This document shows positions 19,755 to 28,907 of a stretch of 64,000 nt of DNA, piece by piece. Position numbers and translations under genes: made by a program. Every line of letters begins with the position of its first letter. Within the stretch, counting starts at the first letter, position 1. A model generated the notes under the pieces. That model worked only from the letters and a program-made list of their open reading frames with translations. It was not told where the DNA came from and did not search any database. This stretch comes from an uncultured Acidobacteriaceae bacterium (GTDB taxonomy: Bacteria; Acidobacteriota; Terriglobia; Terriglobales; Acidobacteriaceae), in assembly GCA_963770235.1 (NCBI GenBank), contig CAVYOW010000003.1, positions 4,706 to 68,705 of the forward strand, written 5' to 3'.

Positions 19755-20414
19755 CTAGAAGTCGACTCGGAAATCGGCTTGAACTACCTTTTTGCCTGGG
19801 CTGTTGGCACTGTTGCGGAAGACCAGGTAGTACTGCACGGGCTGATCGCGCGTGGCGGGAAGGCCCAAGCTTACGTCCTGATCGTGGGAGGAGTCGACCG
19901 AGTAAACCACGTCGGCGGGACGGCCACTGAGGAAGTCAGAATACTGCTGGTCGTTCATCAGGAGAAGATCAACGTCTCCGTCCTGATCCTGGTCGGCGGA
20001 TTGGACCCCGGAGTTTTTGGCAAACGAATGATACGTGCCGTGCAGTTGCGGACTGGCAGCGTGAGGCGGAACTTGGAAGAGAAATTGTGCGGTGGATGTA
20101 ACGGCAAAAGTCTTGTGAACGATGGCGGTACCCGTGCCCACGGGTGATGGAGCAATCAGGTCACTGGGGTGGGGCTTACGCGGCGCCTCTTCTTTCTGCA
20201 GCGGGTTGGCCTTCTCGATAAACTCGGCGAGCGGGCTCACCACTGGTCCCATGACCGTGGTTGTCGGGAGTGGGTCTTGCGCGTCAGGCTTCGGTTCTGC
20301 CTCCTGGGATGGTTCGGTGGTCTGCGTCTTCGGTTGGGAAAAGCGATTCTGGTAATAGGTATAGCCTCCGATCAAAACTACGCCCATGAACAGCCATGCA
20401 AAAACCCTATGCAT
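19755..20414 (-). CDS. hypothetical membrane-anchored protein
   Basis: ATG 20414 follows GGAGGAGG. One N-terminal TM segment (VFAWLFMGVVLIGGYTY), then a Pro/Thr-rich linker and a ~130-aa C-terminal domain. I recognise no family. Confidence 0.55.
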   Translation of the reverse strand: MHRVFAWLFMGVVLIGGYTYYQNRFSQPKTQTTEPSQEAEPKPDAQDPLPTTTVMGPVVSPLAEFIEKANPLQKEEAPRKPHPSDLIAPSPVGTGTAIVHKTFAVTSTAQFLFQVPPHAASPQLHGTYHSFAKNSGVQSADQDQDGDVDLLLMNDQQYSDFLSGRPADVVYSVDSSHDQDVSLGLPATRDQPVQYYLVFRNSANSPGKKVVQADFRVDF

Positions 20415-20487
20415 GCGGTCCTCCTCCGCTCTTCTTAACCTAACCGCAGGGAGGCCTTGTGACCAACAGTCTTTCCCGGTGGGAAAG

Positions 20488-21063
20488 TTACTTTGGTTTT
20501 CCGTATTCGGTGGTGTAGTGGAGCTGGATTTCGCCGCAGGTGCCCTGCTCGGCGGAGTAGACGACGCAGGTGTCGAAAGGACGGGAATAGACGTGGAGGC
20601 TGACGGCACGCTGATTGAATTCGCGGGGATTGAGGACGCGGTGGACGGGCGCGAGGGGGTCGACGGCGCAGGGGTGGGACACGTTCATCTCGACCGTGTC
20701 GGTGGGCTCGATGGTGGATTTGCCTTTAGCCAGGTCCTGATGGACTACGTGAAAATTCTCTACCAGCAAACGGCCGATGGGGACGGCCATCCAGCAGTTC
20801 TGGCCGCGGTGGTTGTGGATGGAGCTGATCTGGCCTACTTCCCAGCAGATGGCGACCAACTCGTAGAGAGGAGTTTTGTCGATCAGGTTGCGAGTGTAGT
20901 GTTGGCGATCCCAGGTTAGATAGGGGGCTAGCGAATCGGGGTTGAGCGGGGTGTCCTGGAGGAATCTGCGGAGTTGCTCGGTCTGGTCAAACGCGGCTTC
21001 GGAAAACTGGCGGAGTTGGGCTACGAAATCCTGGATTGGGACCTGGTTTACGGCGGTGGCCAT
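20488..21063 (-). CDS. cysteine dioxygenase type I-like cupin
   Basis: From ATG 21063: ICWEVGQISSIHNHRGQNCWMAV...HRV...SLHVYS, the CDO-type cupin metal motif. Confidence 0.75.
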   Translation of the reverse strand: MATAVNQVPIQDFVAQLRQFSEAAFDQTEQLRRFLQDTPLNPDSLAPYLTWDRQHYTRNLIDKTPLYELVAICWEVGQISSIHNHRGQNCWMAVPIGRLLVENFHVVHQDLAKGKSTIEPTDTVEMNVSHPCAVDPLAPVHRVLNPREFNQRAVSLHVYSRPFDTCVVYSAEQGTCGEIQLHYTTEYGKPK

Positions 21064-21153
21064 GGGGTGCTCCCGCGGAAAGTATAACGCAGGGGATGGG
21101 TCGGCGATGGCGGAGAAAAAACCTGAACAGGACACAGAGGAGCACAAGGGCTT

Positions 21154-22257
21154 CTATTCGATGAACATGCAGTCTCCATAGGAATAGAAGCGGTAGCGCT
21201 CGGAGACTGCGTGATCGTAGGCGCGCAGGACGTTTTCGCGTCCGCCGAAGGCGCAGACCAGCATGAGCAATGTGGATTGCGGTAGGTGGAAGTTGGTCAG
21301 GATTGCCTTGACCACCTTGAATTCGAAGCCTGGGTAGATGAAGAGGTCGGCAGCGGCCGGGCCTGCAACGATTTCTCCTGCGCTGACGCGAATTGCGTGT
21401 TCGAGGGTTCGAACCGTGGTGGTGCCGACGGCGATTATGCGACGTTCGGAGCGGAGCGCGTGGTTGATGGCGGAGGCGGCGTTGGCGGAGATGGAATAAG
21501 GTTCGGAATGGAGTTTGTGAAGTTCGACTTGGTCGACGCGTACGGGCTGGAAAGTTCCCAAGCCGACGTGGAGCGTGATTTCGGCGGTCTCGATGCCGCG
21601 CCGGCGGATGCGGTCAAGGATTTCCTGAGTGAAGTGCAGGCCGGCGGTGGGAGCGGCTACTGATCCGCGCTGCTGGGCATAGACAGTTTGATAGCGTTCG
21701 CGATCGCCGGAAGAGTCGGGGCGCGCGATGTAGGGCGGGAGCGGGATGTGGCCGATGCGATCGAGGGCGGCGAAGAAGGCGTCGGCGGTCTGAAAGGAGG
21801 GCTGGAAGCGGATGTGGCGCTCGCCGAACTCGGCGCGGGCCAGGACCTCGGCTTGCAGTTCGTCTTGTTCTCCGAAGAAAAGGCGTTCGCCTACGCCGAT
21901 CTTGCGGCCGGGACGAACCAGGCACTCCCAATCGTTGGGTTCGGTGGAGAGTTGCCGGGTGAGCAGAACCTCGATGCGGCCGTGGAGGAAGTCGCGGGCT
22001 GCGGGATTGTGCGGGCTGACGGGCTGAGCGCGGGCGCCTTCGCGGCGGCCATAGAGCCGGGCGGGAAAGACGCGGGTATTGTTGAAGACTACGAGATCGC
22101 CAGGTTGCAGCAGATCGGGGAAGTCGCAGAAAAGGCGATCGGAATAGCGGCCGCTGGTGCGTTGCAGGTGCAACATACGGGAGCTGTCACGGGCGGCGAG
22201 GGGTTCCTGGGCAATGAGCCCGTCGGGAAGGTGGAAGTGGAAATCGGAAACCAGCAC
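21154..22257 (-). CDS. queA: S-adenosylmethionine:tRNA ribosyltransferase-isomerase
   Basis: Intact 367-aa ORF; the FDF-type N-terminus, PLPPYI and [12 protein letters not shown] are typical of QueA. Confidence 0.93.
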   Translation of the reverse strand: MLVSDFHFHLPDGLIAQEPLAARDSSRMLHLQRTSGRYSDRLFCDFPDLLQPGDLVVFNNTRVFPARLYGRREGARAQPVSPHNPAARDFLHGRIEVLLTRQLSTEPNDWECLVRPGRKIGVGERLFFGEQDELQAEVLARAEFGERHIRFQPSFQTADAFFAALDRIGHIPLPPYIARPDSSGDRERYQTVYAQQRGSVAAPTAGLHFTQEILDRIRRRGIETAEITLHVGLGTFQPVRVDQVELHKLHSEPYSISANAASAINHALRSERRIIAVGTTTVRTLEHAIRVSAGEIVAGPAAADLFIYPGFEFKVVKAILTNFHLPQSTLLMLVCAFGGRENVLRAYDHAVSERYRFYSYGDCMFIE

Positions 22258-22442
22258 GGTGTCCGATTATAGGAGGAACGCAGGACGAGGATGGGACGTA
22301 AACCGGGGTGGTTTATCGTTTTTCTTTGGGGAATTTGTTTGTCGGTCTCGGTAAATTTGTTTGTCTGTTCGGGCCAAGTGCGGTACTATGCGGGGGCTGT
22401 AGCTTTAGCCGCTTTTCGTTGCTCCCCTAAGAGAGTATTTCC

Positions 22443-23141
22443 ATGTCCGCTGAACGCAAACACAGGGAAGAAATTGTTCGCTACGGGCGCATGCTGCACG
22501 AGCGCGGGTTTGTGGCGGCGATGGACGGGAATCTGTCGGTCCGGCTGGATGATGAACGGATTCTGGTGACGCCGACGGGCGTGAGCAAGGGAGCGATGCG
22601 AGCCCGGGACATGGTGATCGTGGACCTGGAAGGCACGCGAGTAGCGGGGCGGCGGAACGTGACCAGCGAGATTGGGATGCATCTGCTGGTTTACCGCACG
22701 CGGCCCGACATTCAGGCGATTGTGCATGCGCATCCGCCGACCGCCACGGGATTCGCGGCTGCGGGCATGGCGCTGACCGAACCGCTGGTGTGTGAAGTGG
22801 TGATGGGGCTGGGATGCATTCCGCTGGCGCGGTACGGGACGCCGGGAACGTCGGAGCTGGCGAAGACGCTGGAGCCGTACGTGCCGCATTATGACGCCAT
22901 CCTGATGTCGAATCACGGCGTGGTGACCTATGGGGATACTATCGAACACGCCTATATGAAGATGGAAACTGTGGAACACTTTGCGCAGATTGCGCTGGTC
23001 ACGCATCTGCTCGGGCGGCAGCAGCCGCTGACGGGGGTTGACATCGAGAAGCTGTTGCTGGCACGGACAAAATATTTTGGCGGGAAGATGGCTGCGTCGA
23101 TGCCGATTGCGATGGCGAGGCCTCCAGAGAAAGTAAGTTAA
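22443..23141 (+). CDS. class II aldolase/adducin family protein
   Basis: GNLSVR...ILVTPTGVSKG...SEIGMHLLVY...AIVHAHPP...SNHGVVTYG. The exact substrate is not assignable. Confidence 0.85.
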   Translation: MSAERKHREEIVRYGRMLHERGFVAAMDGNLSVRLDDERILVTPTGVSKGAMRARDMVIVDLEGTRVAGRRNVTSEIGMHLLVYRTRPDIQAIVHAHPPTATGFAAAGMALTEPLVCEVVMGLGCIPLARYGTPGTSELAKTLEPYVPHYDAILMSNHGVVTYGDTIEHAYMKMETVEHFAQIALVTHLLGRQQPLTGVDIEKLLLARTKYFGGKMAASMPIAMARPPEKVS

Positions 23142-23164
23142 GATCTGCGATTGTTGTAACCAGT

Positions 23165-23195
23165 AGGGCACGAGTTGAGACTCGTGCCCTTTTTC
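23165..23195 (+). terminator. rho-independent terminator
   Basis: 11-bp stem AGGGCACGAGT / ACTCGTGCCCT, loop TGAG, followed by TTTTT. It sits between convergent genes. Confidence 0.85.
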
Positions 23196-23215
23196 CATTT
23201 GTGCCCACCCTGCAG

Positions 23216-25447
23216 TTACTCTCCTCCTATTCGGAAGCGAAATCCGGCACGGAAGTTGATGGGCAGGGCGGGATAGCCTACTACTTCGTTGTAACGGCGG
23301 TCGAGAGCGTTTTCGATATTGGCATACGCCGTGACGCGGTGGTTGATGGCATACCATCCGCCGAGGTCGGCGCGGACGTAGCCGGCGGCATGGTTGACTA
23401 GGGTATCGACAAAATCGGAATCGGGGCGGCGGCCCACGAAACTCCCTCCCAGGTTCGCGGCCCATCGTGTTCCCAGATAGGTGAGGAGCGTCGTCGCAGA
23501 GTGCTTGGGGCGGCGGAGCAGCGGATTTCCCGTTTCGTACAAGGGAGTGCCGCAATTGTCGTCGGCGCAGTAGGGGGATTGCAGATACTCGGTCGAAGTG
23601 TAGGTATAGGCGGTAGTCAGTGACAATCTCTTCTGGATTCTTCCTTGCAGCTCGATTTCGGCGCCGTGAGCGAGGGACTGTTGCACATTGAAGAACTGGC
23701 CCAGGGTGCCCGGCGGGTTGCCCTGGTACGTCACCGCATTAGTTCCATATTCGATTTGATCGTGGAAAAGATTGTTGAAATAGGTCGCGTCCAGAACCCA
23801 GCGGCCGGCCAGCAATTTCTGCTGGAAGCCAGCTTCGAAGGCTCGGGTACGCTCCGGCAACAGGCCGGGGTTTGGCACATAGTAGGGGAGACCGGCGAAA
23901 GTATCGGTGAAATCGGGTTCCATGAACGCGGTGGCATAGGAAAAACGCAACCGCGTTCCAGAGAAGAAATCCCCACCCCGCAGCGCCTGGAGGGTCAGCG
24001 CGATTCGCGGCACGCCCGTGTTGCCGAAAACGCTGCTGTGCACGAACCGTCCGCCGGCAATGACGGATAGCCTGCCCAGGGTCAGCTGTTGTTGCAGGTA
24101 GGCGTCCTGGTTGAGGCGCTGGCCGTGGGTTGGCGGGGGAAAGGCGGGGTAGCCGAAGAATGCACTTTCGTTTTCGATCCGGTATCCGAAAGTTGAGTGG
24201 GCCCAGGTGCGCTCGGAATAGTCGCCCTGATATTCGAATGCCACATGGTTGATGTCGTAGTCGTAGACGGAGGCGAAGTTGTAGGTATTTCCCTCCGGGC
24301 TGTTGTCGTCATAGCGGTAAAGGTAATCGGAAGCAGTGAGGCGATGCTGCCAGCCGGAGGGAGCTGCGATTCTGATCTCAGCGCTCCCCAGAAGAGCGTT
24401 GGTTTGCGCGTTCCCGACCGTCAGTGGAGGGACGAACTCAGTGCCGTTGAAATTCCACGCCCCCGGAAGTCCGGTATGGCTGTTAGAGTGGCGCACGCGC
24501 ACGCGCAAAGAGGTCTCGTCGTTCAGGGCCACTCCCGCGTTCACGCCCTCGAGCGAATCCGAGTACGCATCGTTCACGCCCAGCCCGTTGGTGTCGAATT
24601 GGTCGGCAAACAGGTTATAGTCGAAGCGTCCGCGCGCGCCCGCCAGAGAGACGTAGCCGTTGGCGGTTGCGAAATTTCCTCCGTCCGCGCCGAGGCGCAA
24701 CTCAGGCACTGGCGTGCTTCCGGTGCGGGTCCAGACCTGCACTACGCTGGTCATCGCGTCAGAGCCATACAGAGTGCTCTGCGCGCCCCGCACAAATTCC
24801 AAGCGATCTGCCTGCGCGAGCGGTAATGTGCCGAAGTCAAAGGTGAGGCCGGGTTCACTGATGGCAACGCCATCGACAATCACTTTGTTGTAGGTGGACT
24901 CGCCACCTCGCACAAACAGGGAGGCCAGTGCGCCGTCTTGCCCGTAACTATTCACAACCGCACCCGGGAGGAAACGCACGGCATCGTCGGCGGCGACGGG
25001 GCGCATGGTTTCGAGCTGTGCATTCTCCAGGGTTGAAACGCTGGCGCCGGTTTCGCCGGCTTGCATCGGAGTTCTGGTTGCGGTTACGACTACGGTTTCC
25101 GACGCGGTGGCAAGATGCAATTGGATGGTGAACTGGTTTGTGACGGCGCGGGAATGAGCGGAGATTTCGAAATCCCAAGTGTTGGGGGCAAAACCCGAAG
25201 CGAGGATTTGAGCCTGGTAGCTGCCGGAGTTCAACTCGCCGAAGTCGACGCTTCCCTCGGCTGAGCTGGTGGCAATTTTCAGAGCATTGTCCCTACCTTT
25301 TGAAAACAAGGAAACCTGTGCGCCTGGGACGGCGGCGGATTGAGGGTCGATTACTTTGACTTTGAGGTCGACAGCGGAGGCTGCCGCGAGAAGTACGAAG
25401 AGCAAGAACGAGGCGCACAGTGCGCGCATAACCATCCTCCTTTTCAC
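23216..25447 (-). CDS. TonB-dependent receptor, BtuB-like plug, with a carboxypeptidase-regulatory-like N-terminal domain
   Basis: Signal peptide; an Ig-like N-terminal domain (KVKVIDPQSAAVPGAQVSL); plug VVVTATRTP...FVRGGES...LYGSDAM; and a 22-strand barrel. The likely start is ATG 25429 after AGGAGG. The ORF is intact. Confidence 0.9.
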   Translation of the reverse strand: MKRRMVMRALCASFLLFVLLAAASAVDLKVKVIDPQSAAVPGAQVSLFSKGRDNALKIATSSAEGSVDFGELNSGSYQAQILASGFAPNTWDFEISAHSRAVTNQFTIQLHLATASETVVVTATRTPMQAGETGASVSTLENAQLETMRPVAADDAVRFLPGAVVNSYGQDGALASLFVRGGESTYNKVIVDGVAISEPGLTFDFGTLPLAQADRLEFVRGAQSTLYGSDAMTSVVQVWTRTGSTPVPELRLGADGGNFATANGYVSLAGARGRFDYNLFADQFDTNGLGVNDAYSDSLEGVNAGVALNDETSLRVRVRHSNSHTGLPGAWNFNGTEFVPPLTVGNAQTNALLGSAEIRIAAPSGWQHRLTASDYLYRYDDNSPEGNTYNFASVYDYDINHVAFEYQGDYSERTWAHSTFGYRIENESAFFGYPAFPPPTHGQRLNQDAYLQQQLTLGRLSVIAGGRFVHSSVFGNTGVPRIALTLQALRGGDFFSGTRLRFSYATAFMEPDFTDTFAGLPYYVPNPGLLPERTRAFEAGFQQKLLAGRWVLDATYFNNLFHDQIEYGTNAVTYQGNPPGTLGQFFNVQQSLAHGAEIELQGRIQKRLSLTTAYTYTSTEYLQSPYCADDNCGTPLYETGNPLLRRPKHSATTLLTYLGTRWAANLGGSFVGRRPDSDFVDTLVNHAAGYVRADLGGWYAINHRVTAYANIENALDRRYNEVVGYPALPINFRAGFRFRIGGE

Positions 25448-25469
25448 GCGAAAGGGGTTAAGGTGGACG

Positions 25470-25676
25470 GTTTACGCCGGTCTCCTGGCTTTGCGAGTTA
25501 GGATTTCGAGCTGCAATCAGCAGTTGGCAATTGGCTCGAGCATCCGGATTCTGCAGACGGCCTTCCCGGGATTGCTCCCAGTGGACGGCTGCGATTTTCT
25601 CGCTTACAGTTGCGCGGCAGCGCGGGAATTGCACCCGCTTCCCTGTCTTTGCCACGGGGCAAAGACGCGCAAACCG
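25470..25676 (-). ncRNA. cobalamin (B12) riboswitch
   Basis: The minus strand reads CAGGGAAGCGGGTGCAATTCCCGCGCTGCCGCGCAACTGTAAGCG ... CCACTGGGAGCAATCCCGGGAAGG ... and the B12 box AGCCAGGAGACCGGCG (25490-25475). It lies directly upstream of the BtuB-like receptor. Listed ORFs over this region are spurious. Confidence 0.88.
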
Positions 25677-25759
25677 AAGGACATTTCAAAGAACGGAAAA
25701 TAGTGGTGTGAGGAATTTAGCGGGTGGATCAGGTATAAGTCAAATCGCCGAGACCGACG

Positions 25760-26206
25760 TCAGTTCCCTGGAGCCTGTTTTCGCCCACGGGTGGGCTCTC
25801 CGACAAAGACCAGGCAGCCGTTGGGATCGCCGATATGGAATTCAGTCATGCCGTAGTCCCGGTCGAATAAGTCGCGGCTGGGGTAGCGGTCTTTGAACGT
25901 CTTCACATGCTCCCATAGTGAGCCAATGTTCGAGACCTCGATGTAGATCTCCGTGTGGCCGCGGACGCAGCGCATGACTTCTTCGGATGCCGCCTTCATG
26001 AAGTGGATGGTCAGGCCGTCGCGCTCGACGATGGAGTACTCCGGCGACTTCATCATCGGGGTGAATCCGAGAATGTCGTGATAGAAAGCGAGGGTTTCTT
26101 CCATGTCGGCAACTGCCAGCATTGGACTTATTTTCTTGACGGTACAGGTTGCGGTCACTGCGGATTCCATCTCTGATCTCCCAATTTCTCGAGAACCGTC
26201 AAGCAT
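25760..26206 (-). CDS. glyoxalase/bleomycin-resistance (VOC) family protein
   Basis: PMLAVADMEETLAFYHDILGF...TEFHIGDPNGCLVFVGE. The probable start is Met at 26170. Confidence 0.75.
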   Translation of the reverse strand: MLDGSREIGRSEMESAVTATCTVKKISPMLAVADMEETLAFYHDILGFTPMMKSPEYSIVERDGLTIHFMKAASEEVMRCVRGHTEIYIEVSNIGSLWEHVKTFKDRYPSRDLFDRDYGMTEFHIGDPNGCLVFVGEPTRGRKQAPGN

Positions 26207-26946
26207 TATAAGGAAATTCCGGGGCGCCGACTTTCTTTATGTTGGCCTCGGCGAATTCGCGGATGCGATCGAGGGAATCCTGCAGCTGTTGTTGATAGCG
26301 CTCAACGTCTTCGTCGCTGGCTTCGGGCGGAACGGGGATGAGCTTGCCGAAGCGCATCAGGACACGGGAAAACGGCTTTGGGATGATCAGGCGGTCCCAG
26401 GTGTTCAGGACCCAGGCTCTCTCGACTGCTATGTGAAACGTGCTCAAGGGAACGCCGGAGGAGCGCGCCAGGGCGACCGGGCCGGGCTTTACCTTGTAGC
26501 GCGGACCGCGGGGACCGTCGAGGCTGAAGGCTACGGCCCAGCCCTCCTGCAGGGCGCGGCGCAGGCCTAGCAGGGCGCGGACGGCGTTGCGGCTGCTGGA
26601 GCCTTTGACGGCGACGAATCCGAATTTGTGGATGATGCGTCCCATGTATTCGCCGTCGTAGCTGTTGCTGCTCATGACGCGGATTCCGACATTGCGGAAC
26701 AGAGTACGTCGCGGGAATGATGCAGGCGTGCCAGAAAGAAACGATCAGCGGGCGCTGGTCGACGGTTGGCTGCGCGCCTTCTTCGTGGGAGACGCACACG
26801 CGCAGGGTGGGGCCGATTAGACGGATAAACGAGTATCCGGCGGCGATGATGATGGGCAGGATGATTCTCTGCCGGAGGGTGAAGCGGTGGGGAGCAGGGG
26901 TAGCGTCTGTTGCGGCAGGCGCTTCGCCAGTGCTGGCTTCGGTCAC
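26199..26946 (-). CDS. DUF374 / lysophospholipid-acyltransferase-like protein, one frameshift near 26700 as sequenced
   Basis: N-terminus ..PLIVSFWHACIIPATYS (ORF 26302-26946 frame) continues as FRNVGIRVMSSNSYDGEYMGRIIHKFGF...FSLDGPRGPRYKVKPG (ORF 26199-26675). Confidence 0.75.
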
Positions 26947-27075
26947 GAAGTTATTGTAATGGGAAGGTGGCGAGGTGCGGCTTGCGTGCTTGCGACTCAG
27001 TGGCTGAAGCCGCCTCGGCTTCCTGGAAGCCTGGGATGCCCGGCGCCTCGAGATAGGGCTGATCCAGGCCTCGGC

Positions 27076-27783
27076 TTAGCTTTCCAGGTAGGCGTCGATC
27101 CATGTTTTAACCTTCTGGCGGCGGTCGTCGGTGGCGTCGAAGCGGACGCCGAAAGACTTGCTCTTGCGCCAGGTCACGACCCCGCGGACGGTGACGCGAG
27201 GCAGGGTGAGCAGGGAAAAGGAGACTTCTACATTGGTTCCAGAAGGCATATCCTCGGCGCTCTTCAGCGACATGCCGCCGGAGCTGATCTCAAGGCTGGA
27301 GGCGCTGAGGCGATGTTTATCAGGGCTGAAGACGTTGACCTCGGTCATGATGGGAATGCGCGCGTAGCGCCGGAATTCGTGGAGCACCAGCATGTGAGTG
27401 GCGCGGACCAGCTTGAGCGCGGCGGGCCGCTCCAGCGGCTCCTGGAACATAGCATTGATGCCGAACTTGGAATAGCGCATGGCTTCCTGCGCGTTGCCGC
27501 CGAGACCATAGAGCACGAGCCGGCTGTTGGAAGGAGAAGTGCGAGCGGCTTCCATGACCGTTTCGGCGCCGGAAGCCAGATTGATCACGCAGGCCTCGAA
27601 TTTCTCCTGGCGCAGGCGCTCGGCCGCGCTGGAGGAGACAAGCACCGTCTCGATGGCGAACTGGCGGAAACACTCGTGGAGCAGGGCGCGGGAAGATTCC
27701 TTGAGGTCGACCAGGGCAACGCGAGCCGCTGCCTTCTTGGTGGAGGAAGTGCGTGCCGGGGCAGTGCCGAAGGCTTTGTCCAT
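27076..27783 (-). CDS. pseudo-receiver (REC-like) plus PilZ domain protein, putative c-di-GMP effector
   Basis: The REC-like N-terminal half has the acceptor Asp replaced (ACVINL). PilZ motifs are RRYARIP and SSLEISSGGMSL. Confidence 0.7.
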   Translation of the reverse strand: MDKAFGTAPARTSSTKKAAARVALVDLKESSRALLHECFRQFAIETVLVSSSAAERLRQEKFEACVINLASGAETVMEAARTSPSNSRLVLYGLGGNAQEAMRYSKFGINAMFQEPLERPAALKLVRATHMLVLHEFRRYARIPIMTEVNVFSPDKHRLSASSLEISSGGMSLKSAEDMPSGTNVEVSFSLLTLPRVTVRGVVTWRKSKSFGVRFDATDDRRQKVKTWIDAYLES

Positions 27784-28181
27784 GGCGGGAGCGCTTTCCA
27801 GTACGAAAGTTTATTGTGGCGTGCCTGGGGTGACATGGAAAGACCCTAAGGGGCAGGGGCCGGAGGTACAAAGGTGTCATTACCTGGGGTGGACTGGTGG
27901 GTGCTAAAGAGCTAGGAGTGGGACCTAATTGGAATGGCCGCTGGCGCGGCAGGGGAAGGGACGGGCGAGCAAGAAGTACCGCACGTTGCCCAGTATGACG
28001 GCAAAGAGGGCTACCGCTAAAGGTGCTCCAAGAACCACGCTTGCCGTCATGTGCTGCCGATAGCTAGTATTCTCACGAACGGAACCGGCAAGGGGCACAC
28101 CTTGCCCAGCTGCGCTACCAGTTTGCCAGAAGACTCTTTGGCTTGCTCGATGGAAGCGACCCCAGGAGCCGACACCTAGCT

Positions 28182-28403
28182 ATGAGGAAAAATGTCTGGA
28201 GGGCCGTGATCGAGGTCGGTTTTATCGTTTTTTTATTTTATTCCAACCTCTTGATGGGAGAATTTGAGCGGTCAGGTATGGGACAGAAGAAGGGTATAGC
28301 CTGGGCAATCAACGATGTCTTTACGGCCGCCAATTTTGGAATCGCCATGATAGCCGGGCTCATCGGTTATGTCCTTTTTGAGTTTCTTCGAAAGAAATTC
28401 TAG
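28182..28403 (+). CDS. hypothetical small membrane protein (73 aa, two TM segments) in an AT-richer islet
   Basis: The ORF from Met 28182 has two hydrophobic segments. I recognise no family, and local composition is visibly AT-richer than the flanks. Confidence 0.4.
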   Translation: MRKNVWRAVIEVGFIVFLFYSNLLMGEFERSGMGQKKGIAWAINDVFTAANFGIAMIAGLIGYVLFEFLRKKF

Positions 28404-28840
28404 GCAAACGCGGATCTGATTCTTGGGTGCAAAAGAAACAGCAACAGTGCACCGGCGATGATCACGCCAGTTCCGCCACGCAGCAAGTCGCCTCTGATGC
28501 AGTTAACGACATCCCCCAGAACCTGAGTGGCGATGATTCCTACTGCCAGTCTCCATCCCCAAAGACGGCGTCGGAACCACCCGACTCCTGCCGTCGCGAG
28601 GGCCGTGCCGAGCAGCAGGAACAGAATTCCAACCGTGGCGCCCAGAGGCGCGAGCTGCTTGTGCGCCGTCGGGTTGAGCGTCCAGACGCGATCGAGAGGG
28701 GTGCCACGCCAAAGCAAAGTGGTGGCGGCAAGACTTGCCATGATCGCACCAAAGAACAGGAAAATGCCTATGGCCGTGAATCCTGGCGGCTTGGTCATCG
28801 TCTCCCGCATATGCTGAATATAAGCCAACGCCGCGGCCAC
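28400..28840 (-). CDS. hypothetical integral membrane protein (4 TM segments)
   Basis: Four hydrophobic helices with coding-like composition; the start is uncertain (Met at 28840, 28810 or 28798). No family recognised. Confidence 0.5.
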   Translation of the reverse strand: MAAALAYIQHMRETMTKPPGFTAIGIFLFFGAIMASLAATTLLWRGTPLDRVWTLNPTAHKQLAPLGATVGILFLLLGTALATAGVGWFRRRLWGWRLAVGIIATQVLGDVVNCIRGDLLRGGTGVIIAGALLLFLLHPRIRSAFA

Positions 28841-28907
28841 CTTCCGATCTTTGGCGAAGCATCGCGATAAACCGACTTGCTGCTAACATTCCTCTGGAAC
28901 CTCTGCC

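Noticed and set aside
14395-19760. An integrase, transposase or larger genomic island associated with the mazEF cassette.
   Set aside because: The flanks are glmM and polA with only REP-B copies between them, and no recombinase-like ORF appears in any frame.
21395-21425. tRNA-like GGTTCGAACC strings (also near 55255).
   Set aside because: They lie inside well-supported coding sequence (queA and the DUF4097 gene), and no cloverleaf arms surround them.
25458-25703. ORFs 25458-25655(-), 25498-25689(-), 25356-25703(+) and 25531-25896(+) upstream of the TonB receptor.
   Set aside because: The region matches the cobalamin riboswitch core and B12 box. The peptides have no family features.
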